Shown one piece after another: positions 38,286 through 47,906 of a DNA stretch of 53,901 nucleotides. Under the pieces are notes generated by a model, which was given only the letters and a program-made list of their open reading frames with translations, had not been told where the DNA came from and did no database searches. The position numbers and the translations under genes are program-made. Within the stretch, counting starts at the first letter, position 1. The number at the start of each line of letters is the position of its first letter. Source of the stretch: Promethearchaeota archaeon. Its GTDB lineage: Archaea > Asgardarchaeota > Lokiarchaeia > Sigyniarchaeales > SOKP01. The DNA is taken from positions 1 to 53,901 of the forward strand of contig JAUVXW010000032.1 of the NCBI GenBank assembly GCA_030603385.1, read 5' to 3'.

Positions 38286-39167
38286 TTAAGCTTTCGCTGC
38301 GTTTTCTGCAATTGCATCAGATATTTGAACCCATGTTTCCGGAGGTAAGCTATGACCCATCCCGTCTATAATTATCAATTCAGATCCGGGTATAGCTTCT
38401 GCTGTATCTTTCCCTGCTTCAAATGGGAAAAGAGGATCCTCTCTTCCATGGATCACAAGAGTTGGCACTTCAATTGCCGATAACTTTTCTTTCCAATTTC
38501 CTTGCGCCATTATAGCAAGAAGATGGCGTTCAACCCCAGCAGGATAAAAACATCTATCAAACACTCTACCTGCAAGAGCACGGTGTTTTTCCTCATTATA
38601 AGGGAAGCCTGATCCATAAATAAACTTTCCTACTCTTATAGAGTTCTCAATAACAGCATCACGTTCAGGAGGCACTGGGGTGTAAAATACTTGTTGTGCT
38701 TCTGGAGTCATTTGAGGGAGATCTGGATTACCTGTGGTACTCATTATAGAAGTGAGACTTAATACACGAGAGGGATGTCTATACGCAATAGTTTGAGCAA
38801 TCATTCCCCCCATTGAACCTCCGCAAATGTGAGCTTTTTCAATGTCTAACGCATCGAGAAGTCCTACAGCGTCATCTGCCATATCATCCAATGAGTAAGG
38901 CGATTCAACTGGTTCCCCCCTCTGAACCGCCATTATTGCTCCCATCAAATCTGGCTCACCAGCTTCTTCACATCTAGTTGAAAGCCCAATATCCCTATTG
39001 TCAAATATAATTACATAGAAACCGCGATCTGTCAAGGTTTTTATGAATTCTTCATCCCAATGGATCAATTGAGAACCTAATCCTACAATTAGAAGCATTG
39101 GCTTATCTAAAGGATCCCCGAAGGTTTCATATTCAATTTCAATATTATTTGCTTTTGCTTTGGTCAT
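38286..39167 (-). CDS. Alpha/beta fold hydrolase
   Basis: FDNRDIGLS, GGSMGG nucleophile elbow, HGREDP, GMGH. Confidence 0.95.
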   Translation of the reverse strand: MTKAKANNIEIEYETFGDPLDKPMLLIVGLGSQLIHWDEEFIKTLTDRGFYVIIFDNRDIGLSTRCEEAGEPDLMGAIMAVQRGEPVESPYSLDDMADDAVGLLDALDIEKAHICGGSMGGMIAQTIAYRHPSRVLSLTSIMSTTGNPDLPQMTPEAQQVFYTPVPPERDAVIENSIRVGKFIYGSGFPYNEEKHRALAGRVFDRCFYPAGVERHLLAIMAQGNWKEKLSAIEVPTLVIHGREDPLFPFEAGKDTAEAIPGSELIIIDGMGHSLPPETWVQISDAIAENAAKA

Positions 39168-39287
39168 TATTCATCTGTCAAAGTTATTTCGTTTTATAAT
39201 TTTAATATTCAACAATTTTTAAACTTTAATTTTAATAACAGTATGAAGACAGAAGAATTGAATATCTTGTGTTTTTTGGATAAAAGA

Positions 39288-39401
39288 TTTTTACTTCTTT
39301 TTTTACTTCTTCTGGTTTGATATCTCTTCAATTGCAATTTCTGGATTATGATATCTCTGTGTTTTCAATGTTCCAGGCCCAAATTGTATAGCTTTTTCAG
39401 G
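39288..39401. repeat. Direct repeat copy 2 (intact 3' end of the EFR1-type gene)
   Basis: Matches 38166..38279 at offset 1122. Confidence 0.9.
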
Positions 39402-40100
39402 ACAAAAATTAATACATGCTAAACATTGTTGACATTTGTGCTGCCACTCGGGAACTCCATCGATCATTATGATGTTATTTACAGGGCAGACATTTTCGCA
39501 TATGCCACAACTATTGCAATTATCCTCAGCGTAGAAATTTTTATCACTTTTATTCACATCTTCTCGAAATTTAGCATTAAATCGCTCAGCTCTCCCTAGA
39601 TTTTTTTCGAAAATATCTTGATTCAGGTTTCTTTTTTTATTTTTTACAATCTCAGAAATTTGTTTGACTTGATTCATCTCTTTTTCAAAAAACTCTTTTT
39701 GACGTTTTTCTGAGTGAATATCATATCCAATAATATAATTATTTGGCATAGTGACTAAAAATCCTGCATTTAGCGCCTTTGCTTTGGGTTTTGCTTTTAA
39801 AAGTGTGTTTACTTGCTGTAGGGGTAACTCGGTGACATCCCCTGCACTTGAAACAATCGTGAAAAAATACTCAGAATTGCTTAAATCAATTTTTTCTATG
39901 AAATCATAGATGATTTTTGGTAATCCAGAATAATATAGGGGAAAAACAAAACCTATTTTTTCGCTTTCTGACTTAAGGTTTTCCTTTTGCCATATCTTTG
40001 CAATGGGTATAAGGTCACAATCACCTAACTTTTCAGCAACATCTTTCGCAATTTTTAAAGAATTGCCTGTTCCGGTAAAAAAATAGATTGTCGATTCCAT
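39303..40100 (-). CDS. EFR1-family flavodoxin-fold + 2[4Fe-4S] ferredoxin protein
   Basis: YFFTGTGNS, FPLY, MPNNY, CNSCGICENVCP, CQQCLACINFCP, RYHNP. Confidence 0.9.
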   Translation of the reverse strand: MESTIYFFTGTGNSLKIAKDVAEKLGDCDLIPIAKIWQKENLKSESEKIGFVFPLYYSGLPKIIYDFIEKIDLSNSEYFFTIVSSAGDVTELPLQQVNTLLKAKPKAKALNAGFLVTMPNNYIIGYDIHSEKRQKEFFEKEMNQVKQISEIVKNKKRNLNQDIFEKNLGRAERFNAKFREDVNKSDKNFYAEDNCNSCGICENVCPVNNIIMIDGVPEWQHKCQQCLACINFCPEKAIQFGPGTLKTQRYHNPEIAIEEISNQKK

Positions 40101-40277
40101 GTATATTTAGAATCTTATTTTCTATTTGAGACTATTGTTAACTTAAGTTTTGGTGTGAGTTTCCAAAAAAAATACAAAACTCTCTCTTTTTATATGACAA
40201 AAATTCGACTTTATGCATTTAATTTATAATATAATATCTTCGAGTTATGCCGTTTGATGCCACATTTGTGCCACATA

Positions 40278-40907
40278 TCAAATAGAATTGACTTTTTTAC
40301 CTATTAATATCCACATTGTATGATATTCTGTATCTTTAGAATAGTCTTTATGAAAATATTCAAATAGGTCAACAATCTTCAAAAATTTGAAATCCTCCCG
40401 AAGCTCATCTTCTGAACAGAAATGAATGAAGACCTCATTTTGAAAGGAATTTGGATCATTTTTTACTGATACGCCTTTTCCATAATATTGCTTATCATTT
40501 GAGGAAAGTGTATTTAAGAAAAAAAAACCATGTGATTTTAAAATTTTCTTGATTTTAAAAATAAATGTGTTTCTATCAGCTATATTAAAGAAATGGTGCA
40601 CACCTGAAATGTAAATTATATCATATTGAGTATCATCTAAATCCTTCCAATCCATACATTCAAATGTGACATTATCTTTGTTTGAATTAAGCTCAATTGC
40701 ATTTTCTATAGCTTTTAATGAAATATCAATTCCTCGTATTATGAGATTATCTAAATTCGAAGATATAAAGTCGATATCGCGTCCATCGCCACATCCAATG
40801 TCTAGAAATGTGAATTGATTAGATTTAATCAATTTTTTTTGAAGAAAACTTAAAGCTACACTAGCAGTTTTACTAACTTTATCATCGCCACTTGGTATAT
40901 GGTTCAT
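40278..40907 (-). CDS. Class I SAM-dependent methyltransferase
   Basis: FLDIGCGDGRD, GIDIS, YDIIY. Confidence 0.9.
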   Translation of the reverse strand: MNHIPSGDDKVSKTASVALSFLQKKLIKSNQFTFLDIGCGDGRDIDFISSNLDNLIIRGIDISLKAIENAIELNSNKDNVTFECMDWKDLDDTQYDIIYISGVHHFFNIADRNTFIFKIKKILKSHGFFFLNTLSSNDKQYYGKGVSVKNDPNSFQNEVFIHFCSEDELREDFKFLKIVDLFEYFHKDYSKDTEYHTMWILIGKKVNSI

Positions 40908-40983
40908 ACATTTACTTAATCAAAGGAGAGTTAAAAAAATATCTTTGGAATTCAATGAAAAACCTGGTATTTATTTTGGAAAT

Positions 40984-41376
40984 TCACATTTTGGGTTCAA
41001 AATCTAAGGAAATTGAATTAATGCAATAACGGCAGCCCGTTGATTTTGGTCCATCATCAAAAACATGTCCTAAATGCCCTCCACATTTACCACAAAGGAC
41101 CTCGGTACGAATCATTCCATGACTCGTATCTGGTTTTTCCTTCACACTAGCATCATCCATCGATCGATCAAAACTAGGCCACCCCGTTCCAGAATCAAAC
41201 TTTTCCTCGGAAGAAAATAAAGGTGTTCCACAACCCGCGCATTTATAAACACCTTTTTCGTGATGGTTCCAAAATTTTCCCGTAAATGCTGGTTCAGTTC
41301 CCTTCTTTCGGAGAACGCGATATTGTTCTTTTGTTAGTTTCTTTTTCCATTTATCTTTAGATAATTCAGATTCCAT
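40984..41376 (-). CDS. msrB: Methionine-R-sulfoxide reductase
   Basis: [41 protein letters not shown]. Confidence 0.97.
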   Translation of the reverse strand: MESELSKDKWKKKLTKEQYRVLRKKGTEPAFTGKFWNHHEKGVYKCAGCGTPLFSSEEKFDSGTGWPSFDRSMDDASVKEKPDTSHGMIRTEVLCGKCGGHLGHVFDDGPKSTGCRYCINSISLDFEPKM

Positions 41377-41528
41377 ATTGTTGAATAGAAATTTTTGGTA
41401 TTATAATTATTGCCTTATCGATATTAAAGGATTTGGCTCTAACTACTTATAAGAAAAATCCAATAATCACCCCAAGTTTATACAAAATTAGGCTTAGGTT
41501 TAACTGTTAAGATATTTAATTTAAAATT

Positions 41529-42008
41529 ATGGAGATTCAAAAAGCTATTTTTGCTGCGGGGTGCTTCTGGGGAGTAGAAGCCAATTTTCGAAAAGTAGAG
41601 GGTGTTATTTCTACTCGCGTAGGGTATACTGGTGGCTCTTTTTCCGAACCAACCTATAAAGATGTATGTTCTCATAAAACAGGTCATGCAGAAGCAATAG
41701 AGATTGCTTTTGATCCCTCAAAAGTAACGTATGATGAGCTCTTAGATGTGTTTTGGTCGATTCATGACCCCACAACACTGAATCGTCAAGGCCCTGACAT
41801 TGGTACCCAATATCGTTCGGTAATTTTTTATATCAATTCAGAGCAAAAAAAAAAGGCATTAAACTCTAAAACAAGACTTGAAGCATCTAAACGCAATAAA
41901 AGAGCGATTGTAACACAAATTGTCTCTGCATCTGATTTCTGGGAAGCGGAGGAATATCATCAGCATTATGTAGAAAAAAGAAAAAACAAGATTTTTACTT
42001 ATTTATAA
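41529..42008 (+). CDS. msrA: Methionine-S-sulfoxide reductase
   Basis: [33 protein letters not shown]. Confidence 0.97.
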   Translation: MEIQKAIFAAGCFWGVEANFRKVEGVISTRVGYTGGSFSEPTYKDVCSHKTGHAEAIEIAFDPSKVTYDELLDVFWSIHDPTTLNRQGPDIGTQYRSVIFYINSEQKKKALNSKTRLEASKRNKRAIVTQIVSASDFWEAEEYHQHYVEKRKNKIFTYL

Positions 42009-42025
42009 CTTTCTGGTTTAGTTTA

Positions 42026-42706
42026 TTACCCAAGAATTATATTTAAGCTTAGAATAATTGCAACACTAGCAACAATCATCCCTAGAATAGCAGTTATCAA
42101 TCGTGTTAGAAAATCTCCAAGTTTACCTGAACTAGAAAGTAAAACATAAACCACTATTACCACTGTTCCTAGTACACCTATTAGAAAACCTGCGCCAATA
42201 ATAATCCAGAATTTTCCAGTAATATAATCTTGAGGTGCAAATCCAAGTCCGAATAAAGTAAAAGAAACAAGAAACGCTAATCCCACCGTACTTACATAAT
42301 AAGCGATATAAATTAGTCTCTTTTTTACTTTTAGTACCTCTTCTTTAAAAAACTCAAGATATATATGAAAAACAGCGGGAATTATGAAAATTAAAGCAAG
42401 GAAAACCATAATATATGTATGAAACATCGTAAAGAATTCAGCTTTTAACGTAAGTATTGTCAGTATTGATGGGATCACCGATAATATAAAACTTATAAAC
42501 AACAATAATCCACGATACTTAAGAGGAAATCCTTTATACAAAAAGAAGAATCCAGGTATGAACATACAAAGCATCAGAGGTAAAAGAATCAATATCATAA
42601 TATTTGTTATCTTCATAATGAAAAAAAAGACTATGAACATTACAAAAAAGATTCCAGCAGCAACAGAAGCTATAATCCCCCAATGAACATTTTTAACATC
42701 ATTCAT
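42026..42706 (-). CDS. Hypothetical membrane protein (about 7 TM)
   Basis: Highly hydrophobic 226 aa ORF. Confidence 0.75.
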   Translation of the reverse strand: MNDVKNVHWGIIASVAAGIFFVMFIVFFFIMKITNIMILILLPLMLCMFIPGFFFLYKGFPLKYRGLLLFISFILSVIPSILTILTLKAEFFTMFHTYIMVFLALIFIIPAVFHIYLEFFKEEVLKVKKRLIYIAYYVSTVGLAFLVSFTLFGLGFAPQDYITGKFWIIIGAGFLIGVLGTVVIVVYVLLSSSGKLGDFLTRLITAILGMIVASVAIILSLNIILG

Positions 42707-42815
42707 AATTAAAACCTTCTTATTTTTTTTTTTTTAGATATCATATTAATTTAGAAATAATTAATTGGTTATTTGCTTTTAAACTCTTCTGTCAAATAGA
42801 GAGAAATTGCGTGGT

Positions 42816-43202
42816 TCAACTCGCCTTTAACTCCTTTTCTAGCAATTTTATCTCCCGGTCAATAGCTTTTGTTTTAACTTGTTTTTCCTTAACAATTGCC
42901 TTTAATTTCTCGTTTAACTCTTTTCCCTTATCCTTTTTTAAATTATTATATTCTTTTTCCAAATTTTTTACAATCGGAATTAATTTTTTCTTTTTTGAAT
43001 TTAAATCATCGATTCTATTATTAAGTTCGCTAAGTGTAGCTTGTTGATTCTGCAGGTTTGATTCGATTTCACTCATTTTAGGCCCAAATTTCTCTTCAAT
43101 TCGACTTTTGATGTATGTTTCTTTTTGCTTTGCTATCACTTCAATTTTCTCTATTTCAACTGCTATTTTATTAATTTGATCCCTAAGTTCTTCATCTGAC
43201 AT
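42816..43202 (-). CDS. Coiled-coil protein
   Basis: 128 aa, K/E-rich heptads. Confidence 0.75.
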   Translation of the reverse strand: MSDEELRDQINKIAVEIEKIEVIAKQKETYIKSRIEEKFGPKMSEIESNLQNQQATLSELNNRIDDLNSKKKKLIPIVKNLEKEYNNLKKDKGKELNEKLKAIVKEKQVKTKAIDREIKLLEKELKAS

Positions 43203-43298
43203 TTTGATTTTCTTTGTTTTAATTTTAATACTATTTGTTATGTTTATAAATGTTTAATACAAATAAATTTAAATCTCTTAATAAAATTGAATTCAAAC

Positions 43299-43412
43299 TT
43301 AAACTTCTTTAAAAATAGTAGTATAGCAATATTCACATCTGATTGATTCTCCTCCGAGAAATTTCTGAATTAACGCTCGGGGTATCTTGGTGTTACAATA
43401 AGGGCAATTCAA
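43299..43412 (-). CDS. Zinc-finger microprotein (37 aa, below ORF-track cutoff)
   Basis: TTG start; MNCPYCNTKIPRALIQKFLGGESIRCEYCYTTIFKEV*, two CxxC motifs. Confidence 0.7.
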   Translation of the reverse strand: MNCPYCNTKIPRALIQKFLGGESIRCEYCYTTIFKEV

Positions 43413-43472
43413 ATGTTTTATATTCGCATGAAAAAACAGAATATCTAATTATGTAAAGGGAAAAACACCTTA

Positions 43473-43566
43473 TTCAGCTAGTCTATGCTAATAGTGTCGC
43501 ACACGGTAATTCTAGCCTTGTTCACTACAATACCGTGGTAGATTAAGCAATTATCAACTGGTTGAA
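43473..43566. ncRNA. Candidate structured RNA (extended stem-loop)
   Basis: Three nested complementary helices: 43473-82/43557-66, 43486-92/43542-49, 43502-15/43525-37. Confidence 0.35.
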
Positions 43567-43574
43567 ATCAAACC

Positions 43575-43721
43575 CTAATTACTGTTAAAAACCCATCTTA
43601 ATTTACACTGACGAGAACAGAAAGATCTCTTTTCTGGTTGTTGACATATATTGATATGATGATGTTCCTTCTTCCATTTAGTAATTCTGATATCTTTTCC
43701 ACAAAACTCGCATTCAGGCAT
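43575..43721 (-). CDS. TRASH/L24e-like zinc-finger microprotein (48 aa)
   Basis: MPECEFCGKDIRITKWKKEHHHINICQQPEKRSFCSRQCKLRWVFNSN*; CxxCG...FCSxxC. Confidence 0.75.
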   Translation of the reverse strand: MPECEFCGKDIRITKWKKEHHHINICQQPEKRSFCSRQCKLRWVFNSN

Positions 43722-43940
43722 TTTCTTTTTTCTCTTTTTAGTTAATCTCTATGATGATGTGTTCAATTACTCTATATACTCATAGAATAATGATTTCAAA
43801 TATTACATAATGTTAATGATAATAGCCTTATATACCTATAGAAAAAAACGAAAACTAATTATACACATTTATCGGTACAATCATTCTAACTTGAAATTAT
43901 ATTTTTTTTAACCCATAAAGAATAGTAATGACTGTTTGTT

Positions 43941-44489
43941 TTATGTAGTGATACTTTGTGCCGTTCTATTTTTGAAAGACATTTTATCTAACATTATTCT
44001 TGTCAATACTTCGAACGCATTTGTTACATTCTCACCAGTTTTGCTAGAACATTCAATAAATTCATTCAGACCCATCGACTTAGCAGCTCTCATTCCATCT
44101 TTAAAACTTATTTCCCTATAATTATCTAAATCTACCTTTCCACCTAATAAAATAATCGGGAATTTTTGGTTCGTTTCATTTATAATTGAAAACCAATTAC
44201 TAATATGAGAAAAAGAAGAGTAATTAGTAATATCATACATTAAAATTCCTCCCATTGCTCCATGAATATATTGAGGAAAGATAAAACGAAATCTTTCATC
44301 TCCTGCAAAGTCCCACATCATCAATTTTACAACCATCCCATTAATTTCAAAGATTTTAGTTTCAAAATCAACTCCTATTGTCATACGCACATCTGTTATG
44401 AAAAAATTTGTCATAAATCGCCTTGTTAATGTTGTTTTACCACAACTTGAATCGCCGAATACGACAATTTTGAAAATTGCGTCATACAT
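43941..44489 (-). CDS. Rab-like small GTPase with variant G motifs
   Basis: GDSSCGKT, TIGVDF, WDFAGDERF, GGKVD, CSSKTG. Confidence 0.9.
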   Translation of the reverse strand: MYDAIFKIVVFGDSSCGKTTLTRRFMTNFFITDVRMTIGVDFETKIFEINGMVVKLMMWDFAGDERFRFIFPQYIHGAMGGILMYDITNYSSFSHISNWFSIINETNQKFPIILLGGKVDLDNYREISFKDGMRAAKSMGLNEFIECSSKTGENVTNAFEVLTRIMLDKMSFKNRTAQSITT

Positions 44490-44879
44490 TTCAATCTTAT
44501 TTAATCCCTTTTAATATTAGACCCTTTAGCTAAGAAATTCCTTAATCCTAGAGTAGTAATTATCCCAATTCTAAATAAAACTACCAACAACCCTTTTACT
44601 AAATGCTCCGTAAATACTCCAATTTTGCATGAAAATATGCAATGCTACACATAATAACATTCATATTTAAATCTTCTGTGAATTATTAGCCATTTTATCA
44701 TTTTTTTCACAGAAATTAATGGAAATCTACAAATCTGCAGATTAACTTAACCTTATTCCCTTTTATCCCATGAATTAAGGGAAAATATCTTTATTTTGTA
44801 ATACAACAAAAAATCTTAGTTATTTTTCACATGATGAAAGAGAATTAACATAGTTTAGTACATTTGTTAAAAATTTAGA

Positions 44880-45131
44880 TTAAGTCACCCATTCCTTATT
44901 CACTTTAGCCCAACTGTCAGCTTTATTAGCATAATTTCTTAATTCAGCCCGTTTCTCGGCCAAATCATCTAATTCAGCAGTAGTTAAAACAGTTAAAGGA
45001 TGTGCTTCATGTTGTTTTCTAAATTCCAGTTCAAGTTCCAGAAATTTATCTCTGGGAATTAGTGGGAGGCCCCAACCGCATTTTAAACATACTAAATGCT
45101 TTATCTCATTTACGTCTGTAATGTAATTCAT
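44880..45131 (-). CDS. Small protein with putative CxxC/HxxH zinc site
   Basis: LVCLKCG...F..QHEAHPL. Confidence 0.7.
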   Translation of the reverse strand: MNYITDVNEIKHLVCLKCGWGLPLIPRDKFLELELEFRKQHEAHPLTVLTTAELDDLAEKRAELRNYANKADSWAKVNKEWVT

Positions 45132-45651
45132 TTTTTTTACCCTCTATTAATTGAAATATGAATTGGAACTAAAAATGTCTACATATCATTATATTGTAGA
45201 AAATTAATTCGCCTAAAAATGCAACCTCTATTCAAGATATTGTATGGATACTCTCACCTTTATACTTTTCTATTCATCCATTATTAAGTCTCTCTATCCT
45301 TTATCATGAAAATCATGTTATTTTTTATCTTAAAAAAATGAAGTAATAGGAGAGAAGTTAAGTTGATAAAAAAATGGTCTGATTACTGTAATATTAATGC
45401 TTACACTTTTATATCTCCATAAATTATAACACATTCCATTTGTCTTATCTCGATAGGACCAAATAGGTTCTACACGATGTAATTAATCAATAGCCTTTTT
45501 TATAACTATATATCTATCAAGAAAAAAATAAGATCTTAATAATTTTTTTTTATATTTCACCAAATTGTTAAATATATATTAAAAGACGTCTTATTCGATA
45601 TTACATTAAATGAAATTTAAACTCAAATGAAATAACTAAGTGATTTTAAAT

Positions 45652-46197
45652 ATGGAAAAAAGATTTATACCTCTCCTAATAATGCTGGGGTTATTAGTAG
45701 TTGTGATTATAACTGCTATTGTTGCGGCTGTACTTGGTGTACCTCTAGTTGCCTTAGACCCGTCAGATACCTCAACAGCATCATTTGATTATTGGTCGGT
45801 AGGACATTTCCTTTGGGGTGTTGCACTCTTCGTTATGGCATTCACATTTGGCTGGATAATCAATAATTTAACGGGTAATCCAAAAGATCCGATTAACGAA
45901 CCAGAAGTTAGAAGTTTCATCCTTTATTGGATAATTATCCTTGTTCTTGCTGGTCTTTGGGAAGTTATTGAAAATACAATTCTTTATCTTGTAGATATTA
46001 AAGTCAAATTCGACAGCGCTGCAAATATAATAACTGATATAGCTATATGGGGGATTGGCGGATGTGTGAGTTGGTACATGACAGATCTAATGTTTTTGAG
46101 CGATAAGTACCTTAGAGCTTATTATATCTATGGATTTATGTCTCTCGCAATGGGTTTAGTCATATTTGTCTTCTTCGGCTTTATTACAACAAATTAA
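45652..46197 (+). CDS. Membrane protein (DUF2585/DUF2238-like H...WE motif)
   Basis: DYWSVGHFLWG, LWEVIEN, DS..N...DI. ATG at 45652 follows the GTGAT element that the track used as a start. Confidence 0.7.
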   Translation: MEKRFIPLLIMLGLLVVVIITAIVAAVLGVPLVALDPSDTSTASFDYWSVGHFLWGVALFVMAFTFGWIINNLTGNPKDPINEPEVRSFILYWIIILVLAGLWEVIENTILYLVDIKVKFDSAANIITDIAIWGIGGCVSWYMTDLMFLSDKYLRAYYIYGFMSLAMGLVIFVFFGFITTN

Positions 46198-46423
46198 TTT
46201 TTTTTCTTTTTTTTATGTTGTACCTATAATATCTGGGTTTATGTAAACTTAATGAATGCATGAGCTTGTAGGCTAATCTAAAGACAGTCTACAAATTTTT
46301 TAAAACAAATATAGATTAAAACTTAAAATGGGAAATAATGAATATTTCATTAAAAGAGTGTATGAAATAATAAGTGAATTAAGTCTACTATTAATTAATC
46401 ACTAATTTTACCTTTTGTTTCAA

Positions 46424-47686
46424 TCATAATAGAGAAATCATATCTTTAATAGCTCTACTAACCAAATCGAGCTGGATATTTCGAGCACCCCCTATGATTT
46501 CCTGAACTTTAGCAACTTCTAATGCTTTATCAATTCGTAGGTTATCCGTAAACGCAATGCCTCCACATAATTGTTGGGTTTCATAAGATATTTTATGAGC
46601 TAGGTGTGATGCTAGATATTTTGTACCTGAACTAAAAGCTGCATTATATTTAACGAATTTTTGCTGATCGAAATGTTTACGCTCAACTGTCTTGTTATAC
46701 TCAGAAGCCGACTTAAAACCAAGTTCCGTAGCTGCCATAAGTTCAGTAAAATTCTGGGCTTGAGGAAGCGAAACTCCTTGAAAATCATATAGCGGACGGC
46801 CAAATTGAACTCTTAAATTTGTATAGATAAGCCCTGAAACTGCAGTTAACCACGCAATACCTAAACTAGACCCAATGATCGAACATCTTTCCGCTACAAG
46901 TCCAGAAAATAAATTTTTATAGCCTTGACCTTTGTTTCCAAGAATATTTTCCCTCGGGATTTTCACTGAATTAAAAAGAGTCTGGCCAATTTGTACTCGT
47001 GGAATAGATTGGATGCCAAGTCTATTAGTTATCAATCCTTCATACTCTCTTTCCGCAATTGCTTGATACATGGTTCCTCGTGGATCTGAGATTTCTGAGA
47101 CTCCATATACTATAAAATAATCTGCTACTGGACCATTAGTCGTATATAATTTTTCTCCAGTGAAAATAAAATGATCTCCTTGATCGGTGACTTTAGTTTC
47201 CATATTAACCGCATCAGAACCATGCTTTCTCTCAGTAATACAAATACAACCAATCTTTTTGCCCGTGATTATTTCATTTAAAATTTCAGAAATTCTATCT
47301 CCTCTACCAAATTGAAACAATGGATTGGCAAATATTACCCCTGTGACCACTCGTGCCAAATCTAATTCTGGATCAATAATCGATGTCGCCATTGCTAAAA
47401 GCATTTCATAACGCATGTTATAGCTCTCAGACTCTCCATAAGGATTTAATCGCTGGATGTAGTTTTTCTTGCCGAGGATGGGAAAAAGTTCGTAAACCTC
47501 CTCATTTAAATTTATTTTAGGTTCAAGTTCCTTGAGTAAAAACTGCTCCAACTCCTCTAAAAACTCCCGTTCCTCTTCTGTTATAAGTGGAATAATAAAA
47601 TTATTAAAAACTTTATAAATATTTTCTGTTTTTAATTTTTCTTTTATTTCTTCATCTAAAATATCTACACCCGTAATCATTTTCAT
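46424..47686 (-). CDS. Acyl-CoA dehydrogenase family protein
   Basis: CITE..HGSD, GEKLYTTNG, RVQFGRPL..FQ, QLCGG. Confidence 0.9.
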   Translation of the reverse strand: MKMITGVDILDEEIKEKLKTENIYKVFNNFIIPLITEEEREFLEELEQFLLKELEPKINLNEEVYELFPILGKKNYIQRLNPYGESESYNMRYEMLLAMATSIIDPELDLARVVTGVIFANPLFQFGRGDRISEILNEIITGKKIGCICITERKHGSDAVNMETKVTDQGDHFIFTGEKLYTTNGPVADYFIVYGVSEISDPRGTMYQAIAEREYEGLITNRLGIQSIPRVQIGQTLFNSVKIPRENILGNKGQGYKNLFSGLVAERCSIIGSSLGIAWLTAVSGLIYTNLRVQFGRPLYDFQGVSLPQAQNFTELMAATELGFKSASEYNKTVERKHFDQQKFVKYNAAFSSGTKYLASHLAHKISYETQQLCGGIAFTDNLRIDKALEVAKVQEIIGGARNIQLDLVSRAIKDMISLL

Positions 47687-47906
47687 TCAATTATCAACTT
47701 CCATTCTAACATGATTAAGATAATATAATAATTAGTGGAAATAACGTACTTCAATTTAAAAAAATATGGAATAATTAATAACATCATCTGTTAAATTTTG
47801 AGTTTCACTACTGTACAAATTCCTATTTTTATCTCAATAACACTGATTTTTAAAGTATATATTATTCTTTAACGTAATTTAAATAAATTTTTTTAGGGGT
47901 ATTTAA

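Noticed and set aside
40984-42008. Selenoprotein forms of MsrA/MsrB with SECIS
   Set aside because: Catalytic residues are Cys codons; no in-frame TGA or convincing SECIS was seen.
43656-43690. C/D box sRNA (ATGATGA...CTGA)
   Set aside because: Too short and explained as the antisense of the HHH codons in the 48-aa ORF.
45132-45639. ncRNA or hidden gene in the 500-bp spacer
   Set aside because: Only weak AT-rich complementarity and no credible ORF; consistent with divergent promoters.
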